Assembly (NCBI GenBank): GCA_003522725.1
Contig: DPIG01000078.1
Coordinates: forward strand, 18,746 to 82,745
Reading direction: 5' to 3'
DNA: 64,000 nucleotides
Source: Candidatus Omnitrophota bacterium
GTDB taxonomy: Bacteria > Omnitrophota > Gorgyraeia > Zapsychrales > Zapsychraceae
The notes under the pieces were generated by a model. That model made no database searches. It saw only the letters and a list, made by a program, of their open reading frames with translations, and was not told where the DNA came from. Each line of letters begins with the position of its first letter. Positions within the stretch are counted from its first letter, which is position 1. This document shows positions 1 through 10,270 of this stretch, piece after piece. The position numbers and the translations under genes were made by a program.

Positions 1-306
1 ACCGTGCATCAGATGTTTGGCGCGGATGATCTTGCCGCCGTAAGCATAGCCGATGGCCTGGTGGCCGAGACACACGCCCAGGATGGGAATTTTCCCCGTG
101 AAATGCCGGATGAGGTCAATGCAGATGCCGGCGTCTTCCGGGCGTCCCGGGCCGGGCGAAATGACGATCTTCTCCGGCTTCATGTCCTTGATCTGGTCGA
201 GCGTCAGCGCGTCATTACGGCAGACTTTCAGATCGGCCCCCAGCTCGCCGAAATACTGGACGAGGTTGTAGGTGAAGGAATCGTAGTTGTCGAGCATCAG
301 GATCAT
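1..306 (-). CDS. Glutamine amidotransferase, anthranilate/aminodeoxychorismate synthase component II (TrpG/PabA), 3' end outside the window
   Basis: Not in the ORF track. Manual translation from ATG at 306 gives [18 protein letters not shown]...ISPGPGRP...[12 protein letters not shown]...LMHG, the class I GATase motifs. Confidence 0.9.
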   Translation of the reverse strand, partial: MILMLDNYDSFTYNLVQYFGELGADLKVCRNDALTLDQIKDMKPEKIVISPGPGRPEDAGICIDLIRHFTGKIPILGVCLGHQAIGYAYGGKIIRAKHLMHG

Positions 307-324
307 AAATTTGTCCACAAAGTT

Positions 325-394
325 AGTGGTCGGTGCTCAGTGGTCAGTGTTCAGATTATTTTTCTGACCACTGAGCACTGATCTCTGACCACTG
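325..394. repeat. Inverted array of 7-nt tandem repeats
   Basis: AGTGGTC GGTGCTC AGTGGTC AGTGTTC, a short spacer, then CTGACCA CTGAGCA CTGATCT CTGACCA, in the murA-trpG gap. Confidence 0.85.
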
Positions 395-396
395 CT

Positions 397-1659
397 TCAT
401 TCCTTTTCCCTGCTTATTCTCGCTCCCAACGCGAGCAGTTTTTCATCGAGGTCCTCGTACCCGCGCTCCAGATGGTACATGCGGTGGATCTCGGTGCGGC
501 CTTTGGCCGCCAATCCGGCGATGACCAGCCCGGCGGACGCGCGCAAGTCCGAGGCCATGACCGGCGCGCCGTACAGCACTTTGACCCCCTGTACGATCGC
601 GCTGGTCCCTTCCCTTTGAATATCGGCACCCATACGGTTTAACTCGGCGACGTGGATGAACCGGTCCGGATACACCCGCTCGGTAATGACGCTCACCCCC
701 GGCGTGACCGCCATGAGAGCCATGAACTGCGCCTGCAGATCCGTCGGGAACCCCGGGTATGGATGGGTCGTGATCCCCACCGGCGTCAATGTTTTTTTTG
801 CTTTCACCCTGATCGCGTTTTTTTCCTGGATAATATCGACCCCGGCTTGTTTGAGCTTGTCGATCAGGGCCCACAAATGCGCGTAATCCGCGCCTTTGAC
901 GCGGACGTTGCCGCGCGTGGCCGCGGCGAGCAAAATGTACGTCCCGGCTTCGATGCGGTCGGGGATTACGTCAAAGGAAACGCCTTTTAATTTTTTGACG
1001 CCCATGACGATCAGACGGTAGCTCCCGGTCCCTTCGATCTTCGCGCCCATGGCTTTCAGGAAATGGCAAAGGTTCTCGATCTCCGGCTCGCAGGCGGCGG
1101 ATTCGATGATCGTCGTCCCCTGGGCCAGGGTCGCGGCCATGAGGACGTTGGCGGTCGCCAGGACCGATGAGCCAAAAATTCCTCCGAGATAAACAGAAGT
1201 CCCTTTCAGACGTTTTGCCTGACTGACCACGTACCCGTTCTCAATCTCGAATTTCGCCCCCAGTGCGCCCAGGCCTTTTAAATGGAGATCCACGGGACGC
1301 ACGCCGATGATACAACCTCCGGGTAAAGACACGTTCGCCTTGCCAAGCTTGGCCAGCAGCGGCCCCAGAACGCAGAACGACCCGCGCATCGTGGAGACTA
1401 ATTTATAATCCGCGATGTGATGCAGGGGGCCTTTGGACTCAACGACGACCGTACTGCCGGTCATCTCCACCTTTTTGCCCAGCGACCGTAAAAGTTTGAT
1501 CATCGTCATGACGTCGCGCAATTTGGGCACGCGGCGGATGGTGCACGGCGCGTCGGTCAAAAGTGTCGCTGCCATGATCGGCAAAACCGCGTTCTTGGAG
1601 CCCGAGATCTCGACTTCGCCTTCCAGGGGTTTGCCCCCTTCGATCACCAGCTTTTCCAT
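397..1659 (-). CDS. murA: UDP-N-acetylglucosamine 1-carboxyvinyltransferase
   Basis: MEKLVIEGG...GSKNAVLP, LPGGCIIGVRPVDLH (catalytic Cys present), PYPGFPTDLQAQ, ASDLRA. Start trimmed to ATG 1659. Confidence 0.97.
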   Translation of the reverse strand: MEKLVIEGGKPLEGEVEISGSKNAVLPIMAATLLTDAPCTIRRVPKLRDVMTMIKLLRSLGKKVEMTGSTVVVESKGPLHHIADYKLVSTMRGSFCVLGPLLAKLGKANVSLPGGCIIGVRPVDLHLKGLGALGAKFEIENGYVVSQAKRLKGTSVYLGGIFGSSVLATANVLMAATLAQGTTIIESAACEPEIENLCHFLKAMGAKIEGTGSYRLIVMGVKKLKGVSFDVIPDRIEAGTYILLAAATRGNVRVKGADYAHLWALIDKLKQAGVDIIQEKNAIRVKAKKTLTPVGITTHPYPGFPTDLQAQFMALMAVTPGVSVITERVYPDRFIHVAELNRMGADIQREGTSAIVQGVKVLYGAPVMASDLRASAGLVIAGLAAKGRTEIHRMYHLERGYEDLDEKLLALGARISREKE

Positions 1660-2485
1660 GTGTGTGTGTCCTTTTGTTCGCAAACCGACAGGGTCGTTTG
1701 CGAACAAACGACCCTGTCGGTTTGGGTATGGTCCGGATAAAAACGAATGTTCCGGTAAAACGGGTTCTTTTCCAGCAACGCTTCAACGGGCGCGGCCTGG
1801 CCGTCACCGATCTCAAAAAACAAGTAACCCTCCGGCTTTAAATATTGGTGGACGCGGCGGATGATGGTTTCGTAGAAGCGCAATCCGTCCGCTCCGCCGT
1901 CCAGGGCCAGGCGCGGCTCCTGTTGCACGTCCCTGGGCAGATGGTCCAGTGCCGACGTCTTAATATACGGCGGATTCGAGACAATACAATCAAAATTTTT
2001 CATCCACGCGCGGTTGGCCACGAGGCTCTCGCGCATATCTTCGCGTAAAAACCGGATCTTTTCCGTCACACCGTTTGCCGCGGCGTTACACCTGGCAACG
2101 CTAATGGCCTCTTCAGAGATATCCAGCGCCGTAACATGACATGGGTCGATCGCCTTCGCCAGGGCGATAGCGATATTGCCTGAACCCGTTCCGAGGTCGA
2201 GCACGCGGCAAGGTTTCGATAATTTACTTGATTTAAGCTTTTGAAGGATCGTATCGACCAGGATTTCGGTTTCAGGACGGGGGATCAGGACGCAAGGGTT
2301 GACGGCAAGGGCACTGCCTAAAAAGTCGCATTCGCCCAAAACATATTGGAGCGGTTCGCCATTCTGATAACGCGCGCGCATTGAATCGTACTCTTTTTGC
2401 TCATCCGGGGTGAGCGGCCGCGGGTCCGCGTAGAGATCGACGCGCCGGCATTTGCGGACCGCGGTCAGCAATAGTTCGTCCGCGT

Positions 2486-2489
<4 letters not shown>
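1644..2489 (-). CDS. prmC: Release factor glutamine methyltransferase
   Basis: [27 protein letters not shown] motifs; follows prfA. Confidence 0.95.
1673..1724. repeat. Overlapping inverted repeats in the 3' end of prmC
   Basis: Perfect 20-bp IR 1681-1700/1705-1724 and an overlapping 13-bp IR 1673-1685/1696-1708. Confidence 0.85.
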
Positions 2490-3547
<1,058 letters not shown>

Positions 3548-3550
3548 GAG

Positions 3551-3754
3551 TTATTTGTTTTTCTTGTAACGTTTGGCGAAACGTTCGATACGTCCGGCGG
3601 TGTCCACGAATTTCTTGTCCCCTGTAAAGAACGGATGACATTGGGAACAGATCTCGACACGGATGTTTTTTCGGGTCGAGCGCGTGTGGATGACGTTCCC
3701 GCAGGCGCAGGTGATTGTTGTTTCTTCGTATGACGGGTGTAGCTCGGCTTTCAT
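3551..3754 (-). CDS. rpmE: 50S ribosomal protein L31 (Zn-binding type)
   Basis: MKAELHP...CACG...[10 protein letters not shown]...GRIERF. Confidence 0.97.
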   Translation of the reverse strand: MKAELHPSYEETTITCACGNVIHTRSTRKNIRVEICSQCHPFFTGDKKFVDTAGRIERFAKRYKKNK

Positions 3755-3777
3755 GGTACTTGAACTCCTTTCGTCAA

Positions 3778-5208
3778 TTATAGTTTACTCAGATTCTCCA
3801 AAAAGTCCTTGTTGGATTTGAATTTACTGATCCGGGCGATGAGGAGCTCCATCGCTTCGGCGGCGTTGAGGTCGTGAATGGCCTTGCGCAACAGCCAAAC
3901 CCTCTGCAGGTCGTCCGAGGGGATGAGCCTTTCTTCATGGCGCGTGTTGGAGCGCCGGATGTCGATGGCCGGGTAGATGCGCCGCTGGAAGAGGTTGCGG
4001 TCCAGCTGTAATTCCATGTTACCCGTTCCCTTGAACTCTTCAAAAATAACTTCGTCCATGCGGCTTCCGGTGTCGACCAGGGCCGTGGCGATGACGGTCA
4101 AGCTGCCGCCTTCTTCGACCGCGCGGGCCGCGCCGAAAAAGCGTTTGGGTTTATGGAGCGCGTTGGAATCCACACCGCCGGAAAGGATCTTCCCGCTGTG
4201 GGGAACGACTGTGTTGTACGCCCGGGCCAGACGCGTGATGCTGTCCAAAAGAATGACGACATCGCGCTTGTGTTCCACAAGACGTTTCGCCTTTTCCAGG
4301 ACCATTTCGGCGATCTGGACGTGGCGTTCGGGCGGTTCGTCGAAAGTCGACGCGACGACTTCGCCGCGCACGCTGCGCTGCATGTCGGTGACCTCTTCGG
4401 GACGCTCGTCGATCAAAAGGACCATCAGGACAACGTCCGGATGATTGTGCATGATCGAATTGGCGATCTTTTGCAATAAAACCGTTTTACCGCTGTAGGG
4501 CGGCGCGACGATGAGCGCGCGCTGCCCCTTGCCGATGGGCGTGATCAAATCCATCAACCGCATGGAGATCTCATCAGATTTCGTCTCCAGGACCATACGG
4601 TCCTGCGGGTAGATCGGCGTGAGGTTGTCGAAAAAGATCTTCTCCTTGCACTTTTCCGGGTTTTCATAGTTGACGGCCTCGACTTTCAGAAGCGCGAAAT
4701 ATTTTTCGCCTTCTTTGGGCGGACGGATATGCCCGCTGACCGTGTCGCCCGTCTTGAGGTCGAACCGGCGGATCTGCGACGGGGAAATGTAGATATCGTC
4801 CGGGCAAGGAAGATAGTTGTAGTTAACACTGCGCAGGAAACCAAAACCTTCCTGCAGGATCTCGAGGGTCCCTTCCCCGAACATCAACCCGGCCTTCTCC
4901 GCCTTTCCTTGCAGGATCTTGAAAATGAGGTCCTGCTTGCGGATGCCGCTGATGCCGTTGATGCCCATGTCCCGGGCGTATTTGGACAGCTCGGCCACGC
5001 TCATGTTCTTGAGCTTGGTGATGTCCAGCTGGTCTTCCTGGCCCTGTGAGGGTTGGACGTTATTTTGCGCGGCGTGGGTGACGGGGCTGATGGGCTCCGA
5101 AACTTCCCTTTTCGCGCTTGTTCTTTCCTTCGCGGACACGGGTCTTTCCCGTTCCACGCCAGATTCCGATTCGGTTACTTTTTTGCTCTTTGTGTCAGTT
5201 TTTGCCAT
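3778..5208 (-). CDS. rho: Transcription termination factor Rho
   Basis: [19 protein letters not shown], Walker [27 protein letters not shown]. Confidence 0.98.
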   Translation of the reverse strand: MAKTDTKSKKVTESESGVERERPVSAKERTSAKREVSEPISPVTHAAQNNVQPSQGQEDQLDITKLKNMSVAELSKYARDMGINGISGIRKQDLIFKILQGKAEKAGLMFGEGTLEILQEGFGFLRSVNYNYLPCPDDIYISPSQIRRFDLKTGDTVSGHIRPPKEGEKYFALLKVEAVNYENPEKCKEKIFFDNLTPIYPQDRMVLETKSDEISMRLMDLITPIGKGQRALIVAPPYSGKTVLLQKIANSIMHNHPDVVLMVLLIDERPEEVTDMQRSVRGEVVASTFDEPPERHVQIAEMVLEKAKRLVEHKRDVVILLDSITRLARAYNTVVPHSGKILSGGVDSNALHKPKRFFGAARAVEEGGSLTVIATALVDTGSRMDEVIFEEFKGTGNMELQLDRNLFQRRIYPAIDIRRSNTRHEERLIPSDDLQRVWLLRKAIHDLNAAEAMELLIARISKFKSNKDFLENLSKL

Positions 5209-5771
5209 ATTGCCTTTACCTGTTTATGTGTTTGTTGTTTGGTTGTACTGTTATCTATGATAATATCCGCGCGGCGGATTTTGTCACGTAACGGCATCTG
5301 CGCTTTGATGCGGCGCAGCGCCTCCGTGCGTGTTATTTTTAAAGACCTGCGGGAACGTTCGATCTGACTGCGCCTTGAGGCGGCGACCACGATGGTCGTG
5401 TCCACGTAACGGTTGAACCCGGCCTCGAACAACAACGGGACTTCGATAACCGCGATTTCTCCGCCCCGGTATTTTTTTAACTCTTCGTTAACGCCTGATC
5501 GTACCGTTGGATGGACGATTCTTTCCAGACGTTTTAATTTGCGCTTGTCGTTAAAAACAACGGCTGCCAGTTTTTTGCGGTCGATACCGCTTTCGCCGGC
5601 GATCTGCGTCCCGAAAGCACGGATGACCGGCGCGTAACAGCATCCGCCGCGGCGGAGTTCCCTGTGGACGATCCTGTCCGCGTCAATGACCTTCGCGCCC
5701 AGCCGCGCGAACATCGCAGTCACGGTTGACTTTCCGGTTGCCAAACCCCCTGTCAAGCCGACAACAAGCAT
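5175..5771 (-). CDS. coaE: Dephospho-CoA kinase
   Basis: [35 protein letters not shown]. Start trimmed to ATG 5771. Confidence 0.95.
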   Translation of the reverse strand: MLVVGLTGGLATGKSTVTAMFARLGAKVIDADRIVHRELRRGGCCYAPVIRAFGTQIAGESGIDRKKLAAVVFNDKRKLKRLERIVHPTVRSGVNEELKKYRGGEIAVIEVPLLFEAGFNRYVDTTIVVAASRRSQIERSRRSLKITRTEALRRIKAQMPLRDKIRRADIIIDNSTTKQQTHKQVKAIWQKLTQRAKK

Positions 5772-7162
5772 TGGTATACCTTGATGTATTCCCCGGCCGC
5801 GTGCTCCCACGAAAAATCCGCGGCCAACGCGTTTTGCCGCAAAGTGTAGAATTTCTCCTGGTCGCCGTAGATATCGATCGCCTGGCGCAGCGCCTGAAAA
5901 AAATCTTTTTTCGTGAAACGGTTGAACAAGATCCCGTCGCCTTTGGAAAGCGCGGCGTTGAAGGATTCGACCGTGTCCGCCAGCCCGCCGGTCTTAAAGG
6001 CGATCGGGACCGTGCCGTAGGCCATGCTGATCATCTGGCTCAAACCGCAGGGTTCGAAGCGCGAAGGCATCAAAAAGAAGTCCGCGCCCGCGTAAACCTG
6101 GTGCGCCAGAGAATCGTTAAATTCGAAATTGGCCCATATCTTCTTCGGGTATTTGTCCGTGTACGCCTTGATCTGTTTTTCGTACTGCCGCTCACCGGTC
6201 CCGAGCATGACGACCTGGACATCCAGGGCTAAAAACTGTTCCATCACCTCCAGGATCAGGTCCACGCCTTTTTGGTGGACCAGGCGGCTCACGAACGCGA
6301 ACAGCGGCGCGTCGTCGCGCTGCGGCAGTTTCAGCAGCTGCTGCAGTTTTGCCTTGTTGGCCGTTTTCCCGTGCATCAGCTCGTCTTTCGCGTATGTTCG
6401 CGCGATCTTTTGATCGGTCGCCGGGTTCCAGACATCGTGACTTATGCCGTTGATGATCCCCTCGACCGGCTCCCGCCGCGACTTCAACACACCCTCAAGC
6501 CCGCACCCGAACTCTTTGGTCAGGATTTCCTTCGCGTATTGTTGGCTGACCGTGGTCACCTTGTCGCTCGCGACGATCCCGCCTTTAAGGAAGTTGATCT
6601 GGCCGAAATATTCCAGATAATGCGCTGAATTGTACGTTGCCGGCAAGTTCAATTTCGGATAACGCTCCCGCGGGAACACGCCCTGGTGCGCCATGTTATG
6701 GATCGTCAAAATGGTCCTGGCCGATGCCAAAGAACTGTTTTTGTACTGATCTTTCAAATAGATCGGGATCAGCGCCGTGTGCCAGTCGTGGCAATGGATG
6801 ATGTCCGTTTTTTTCCGGAGTTGTTCAAGAGTCTTTAAGACCCTTGAACAAAAATACTGAAACCGTTCCAGATTGTCCGGATAATCGTCGCCGTTGTCCC
6901 CGTAGATACCGTCGCGTTTCCCGTAATAGTCGTGCTCGATGAAATAAACGTCCAGGTTCGGCGAAAGAACCGCGCGGGAAAGGTGCTTGTCCACCGGCGT
7001 GATGCCGAATTTTTTCGCGTCGATAAATTTATAACGCGGTAAAAGGATCGTGACTGAAACGTCCCTTTTGGCCAATGCCAGCGGCAATGAACCGCACACA
7101 TCGCCAAGTCCGCCCGTTTGAGCGAAGGGGACCGCCTCCACGGCGCAAAAAGTTATATGCAT
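5753..7162 (-). CDS. glgA: Glycogen synthase (GT5)
   Basis: QTGGLGDV (KTGGL variant), HCHDWH, TIHNMAHQG, SRLVHQKG, PSRFEPCGL. Confidence 0.93.
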   Translation of the reverse strand: MHITFCAVEAVPFAQTGGLGDVCGSLPLALAKRDVSVTILLPRYKFIDAKKFGITPVDKHLSRAVLSPNLDVYFIEHDYYGKRDGIYGDNGDDYPDNLERFQYFCSRVLKTLEQLRKKTDIIHCHDWHTALIPIYLKDQYKNSSLASARTILTIHNMAHQGVFPRERYPKLNLPATYNSAHYLEYFGQINFLKGGIVASDKVTTVSQQYAKEILTKEFGCGLEGVLKSRREPVEGIINGISHDVWNPATDQKIARTYAKDELMHGKTANKAKLQQLLKLPQRDDAPLFAFVSRLVHQKGVDLILEVMEQFLALDVQVVMLGTGERQYEKQIKAYTDKYPKKIWANFEFNDSLAHQVYAGADFFLMPSRFEPCGLSQMISMAYGTVPIAFKTGGLADTVESFNAALSKGDGILFNRFTKKDFFQALRQAIDIYGDQEKFYTLRQNALAADFSWEHAAGEYIKVYQCLLSA

Positions 7163-7163
7163 C

Positions 7164-9698
7164 TCATGCTTCTTTCGTCTCCAGCCAGTTCGCGCCCGTC
7201 TTGACGCTCACCTTGATGGGCACGGATAATTCCATTTGTGTTGCTTCCGGCGACACAAATGGGTGTTCCATCCGCCCGCGTAATAACTCAACGACCTCTT
7301 CTTTTTCTTCGCCAGGCACGTCCAGGACCAGTTCGTCATGAACGGTGATCAAGATCTGTGATGCCAGCTTGCGCTTTTTGATCTCGCGGTGGATATCGAT
7401 CATCGCCAATTTCATCAGGTCCGCCGCGGAACCCTGCACCGGCGTGTTGATCGCCTGGCGCCGGGCGAATTGTTTCATGGATTCGTTGGGGCTGTTGATC
7501 TCCGGAATATAGCGCCGGCGGTTCAGCAATGTCGTCACGAACCCCTTCTCTTCGCACTGGCGGATAGCGTTATCCATAAAATCCTTCACCTTCGGGTAAC
7601 GCGAGAAATATTTGTCAATGAACTCTTGAGCATCGCTTTGAGAGATGCCCAAGTCCTTGGCCAGGCCGAACGCGCTCATCCCGTAAATGATGCCGAAATT
7701 GACGCGCTTGGCGTTGTCGCGCATCTGCGGCGTCACGTCTTTTTCCGCGACATCAAAGATCAATGACGCGGTGTACGCGTGAATGTCCTGGTTCTCCTGG
7801 AAGGCCTTCACCAGTCCGGGGTCGCGCGTGATGTGCGCCAGGATGCGTAATTCAATTTGTGAATAATCCGCGGCCACGATCACGTGACCGGCCTTCAAAG
7901 GAATAAACGCCTTGCGGATCTCGCGGCCCAGCTCGGTGCGGATCGGGATATTTTGTAAATTCGGCTGACTCGAACTCAACCGCCCCGTTTCCGTTCCGGT
8001 CTGATGGAACAGCGCGTGGACGCGCCCCGTTTTCGGGTTGACCAGCGCGGGTAAGGCGTCGATATAGGTCGATTTGAGTTTCGCCAGCTGACGGTATTCT
8101 AAAATAAGCGCCGGGACCTCGTGCTTTGGCGCGAGGACGGTCAAAACCCCTTCGTCGGTCGAAAAACCCGTTTTGGTTTTCTTGACCGTGGGTAGTTTCA
8201 AATCTTCAAAGAGCACCCGGCTTAATTGCTTCGGGGAGTTGAGATTGAATTCTTTGCCGGAGAGCCGGTAAATCTGTTGCGTCAAATTCCCGATCTTGCG
8301 TTCACATTCTTTGGAAAGCCCGTGCAGCAACGCGATGTCCAGCTTCACCCCGCAGATTTCCATGTCCGCCAGAACGAACGCCAACGGAATTTCGATTTCG
8401 CTGAGTAGCTTTTTCAGGGATTTCTCCTTCACCTCTTTGCTCAAGACCGGGTACATCTCCCACAACAGGGCCGCGCGGCGCGCGGGCGGCTGTTCCATAA
8501 AATTCAATTGAGCTTGCGGATTGCCGGCCAGATACCCGGCCAGAAAGACGTCGAAAACTTTTCCTTCCAGCGCCACGTCTTGCGCTTTGAGCAGTTTGAC
8601 GGTTTCTTTCAAGTCGTACGTGACTTTTTCGATTCCCTTGTCCTCGAAGACCTCTTTCCAATCCGCCATCTGATCGAGGGTGACCGCGCAATGTTCCGTT
8701 GGGCCGCTCGAAAGGATCAATTGCCGCGCCGCGCCCTCAGCCAAAACGGCGAAACGTCCGGCCGTTTTGATTTTCCTAACCCACTCCCCGATCTTTTCTT
8801 TATCCGCCAACGGTTGAACATCGGGGTGTGCTTCTTCGGTTTGACCGGCCGCGGCGAGTTCTTTGGCGAACCGGTGGAATTCCAGTTCCTGGAACATCTC
8901 GAGCAGGCGGTTTTGTTGGGGTTCTCTGACCTTCAAGCATTCCAGTCGCAGATCAAGCGGTACTCCGGTTTCCAGGACAGCCAGCTCCTTGCTTAAAACA
9001 GCTTGTTCCCTGTTTTGTTCCAACTTTTCACGTACCTTTGCCGATTTGATCTTGTCCAGATGCCGGAAGATGTCCTCGAGACTGCCAAAATCATTGATCA
9101 GTTGCCTCGCGGTCACTTCGCCGATGCCTTTGACCCCGGGAATGTTATCCGCATTGTCCCCGGCCAACGCGATGAAATCCGTCATCCGGCGCGGGTCGAA
9201 CCCCAAATGTTCTTTGAGCGTCTGGTATTCCCAGATAGCGTCTTTGCGCGCGCTAAAAAAAGACATGCGCTCGCCGGCCAACTGATACATGTCCTTGTCA
9301 TCGCTGACAATGACGACTTCGATATCTTTGTCCTTCGCGGCGCGCGCGATCGTGGCGATGATGTCATCCGCCTCGAACCCGGGCGATTCAAAGAGCGCCA
9401 GGTTATACGCGGTCACCACGTCCTTGATCACGGGCATCTGGTCGATCAGGTCCCGCGGCATGACCGGCCGCTGGACCTTGTAGGCGTTAAATTTTTCCTG
9501 GCGGTGCGTCTTGCCCGGGGAATCGAAACAAACGGCCATGTATTGCGGCTGATACTCCCGCAGGATTTTGCGCAGGGTGTTCACGAAACCATAAACCGCG
9601 TTTGTCTGCCGGCCCTTGCTCGTCGACAGGTCCTTGATGGCGAAGAATGAGCGGTAACACAGCGCGTGGGCATCGATCAAAAATAGCTTTGCCGCCAT
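7164..9698 (-). CDS. polA: DNA polymerase I (3'-5' exonuclease region short and degenerate)
   Basis: 5'-3' exonuclease (GFEADD, GDNADNIPGV), polymerase motifs ADYSQIELR, AKRVNFGIIYG, VHDEL. Confidence 0.97.
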   Translation of the reverse strand: MAAKLFLIDAHALCYRSFFAIKDLSTSKGRQTNAVYGFVNTLRKILREYQPQYMAVCFDSPGKTHRQEKFNAYKVQRPVMPRDLIDQMPVIKDVVTAYNLALFESPGFEADDIIATIARAAKDKDIEVVIVSDDKDMYQLAGERMSFFSARKDAIWEYQTLKEHLGFDPRRMTDFIALAGDNADNIPGVKGIGEVTARQLINDFGSLEDIFRHLDKIKSAKVREKLEQNREQAVLSKELAVLETGVPLDLRLECLKVREPQQNRLLEMFQELEFHRFAKELAAAGQTEEAHPDVQPLADKEKIGEWVRKIKTAGRFAVLAEGAARQLILSSGPTEHCAVTLDQMADWKEVFEDKGIEKVTYDLKETVKLLKAQDVALEGKVFDVFLAGYLAGNPQAQLNFMEQPPARRAALLWEMYPVLSKEVKEKSLKKLLSEIEIPLAFVLADMEICGVKLDIALLHGLSKECERKIGNLTQQIYRLSGKEFNLNSPKQLSRVLFEDLKLPTVKKTKTGFSTDEGVLTVLAPKHEVPALILEYRQLAKLKSTYIDALPALVNPKTGRVHALFHQTGTETGRLSSSQPNLQNIPIRTELGREIRKAFIPLKAGHVIVAADYSQIELRILAHITRDPGLVKAFQENQDIHAYTASLIFDVAEKDVTPQMRDNAKRVNFGIIYGMSAFGLAKDLGISQSDAQEFIDKYFSRYPKVKDFMDNAIRQCEEKGFVTTLLNRRRYIPEINSPNESMKQFARRQAINTPVQGSAADLMKLAMIDIHREIKKRKLASQILITVHDELVLDVPGEEKEEVVELLRGRMEHPFVSPEATQMELSVPIKVSVKTGANWLETKEA

Positions 9699-9714
9699 CG
9701 TTTTTTTAAAAGAT

Positions 9715-10140
9715 TTTGTTGTATCTGGAAGTCACAACTGGTTTGTTTGCCGTAGTGCAGAACAACTGCCGTACCGAACGCTCAACCCCGGGTTACATGC
9801 AACCTTTCACGCGATGCTCATCAACTATTTTAAACGCACTTCCCGGAAGCAACAGGATGAAAGGTAAAAAGAGGGTACCCAAATTTTACGACCGTAAAAT
9901 TTGCCCCGAAGGGGTTGCACGTTCAAATCCCTGCGGATTTGAACGTGCTTGCAAGGTAATCCCGGATTTTTGACCTTTATTTCTTGGGGGTTAAAAATTT
10001 GGGTTACCTCGGCAAGCGCGATTAAATCTTTTCTAGATTTAATCGGCCGACCCCCTCTGCTTTAGGCAGGGGCGGATTTTTCTATCGAAAAATCCGGGAT
10101 AAGAAGAACTATTTTCTCGGCGAACCACTACCTTAAAACA
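9715..10140. ncRNA. Candidate highly structured non-coding element (long polA leader, ncRNA, or nested palindrome cluster)
   Basis: About 8 stem-loops in a gap with no credible ORF, downstream of a sigma70-like promoter. No known RNA family recognised. Confidence 0.4.
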
Positions 10141-10148
10141 ACATGCTA

Positions 10149-10177
10149 AGCATAATATATAAATAAAGCTTTGGCAA
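10149..10177 (-). promoter_or_regulatory. Putative sigma70 promoter directed toward the structured region and polA
   Basis: Minus strand TTGCCA (10177-10172), 17-nt spacer, TATGCT (10154-10149) in an AT-rich context. Confidence 0.55.
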
Positions 10178-10194
10178 GGAAAAGTTTAGGAGTT

Positions 10195-10267
10195 TTATTC
10201 GCCCTTGGAAAGGGTTCCGGCGAATAACCCCCAGCGCTTTGATTTACGAAGTAAATCAGCAGGGGGT
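10195..10267. repeat. Two nested hairpins immediately after the oxidoreductase stop
   Basis: TTATTCGCC...GGCGAATAA and ACCCCC...GATTTAC-GAA-GTAAATC...GGGGGT. Confidence 0.6.
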
Positions 10268-10270
10268 GCG

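Noticed and set aside
9716-9973. 85-aa plus-strand ORF in the polA upstream gap
   Set aside because: TTG start without an RBS, no recognisable motif, and it runs through palindromic DNA.
9715-10267. tmRNA, RNase P RNA, SRP RNA, tRNA or a known riboswitch (ZTP, THF, c-di-GMP)
   Set aside because: Diagnostic motifs (GAGGAAAGUCC, tRNA-like ends with an Ala-Ala tag, the SRP loop, riboswitch cores) were not found on either strand. 6S RNA cannot be excluded without Infernal.
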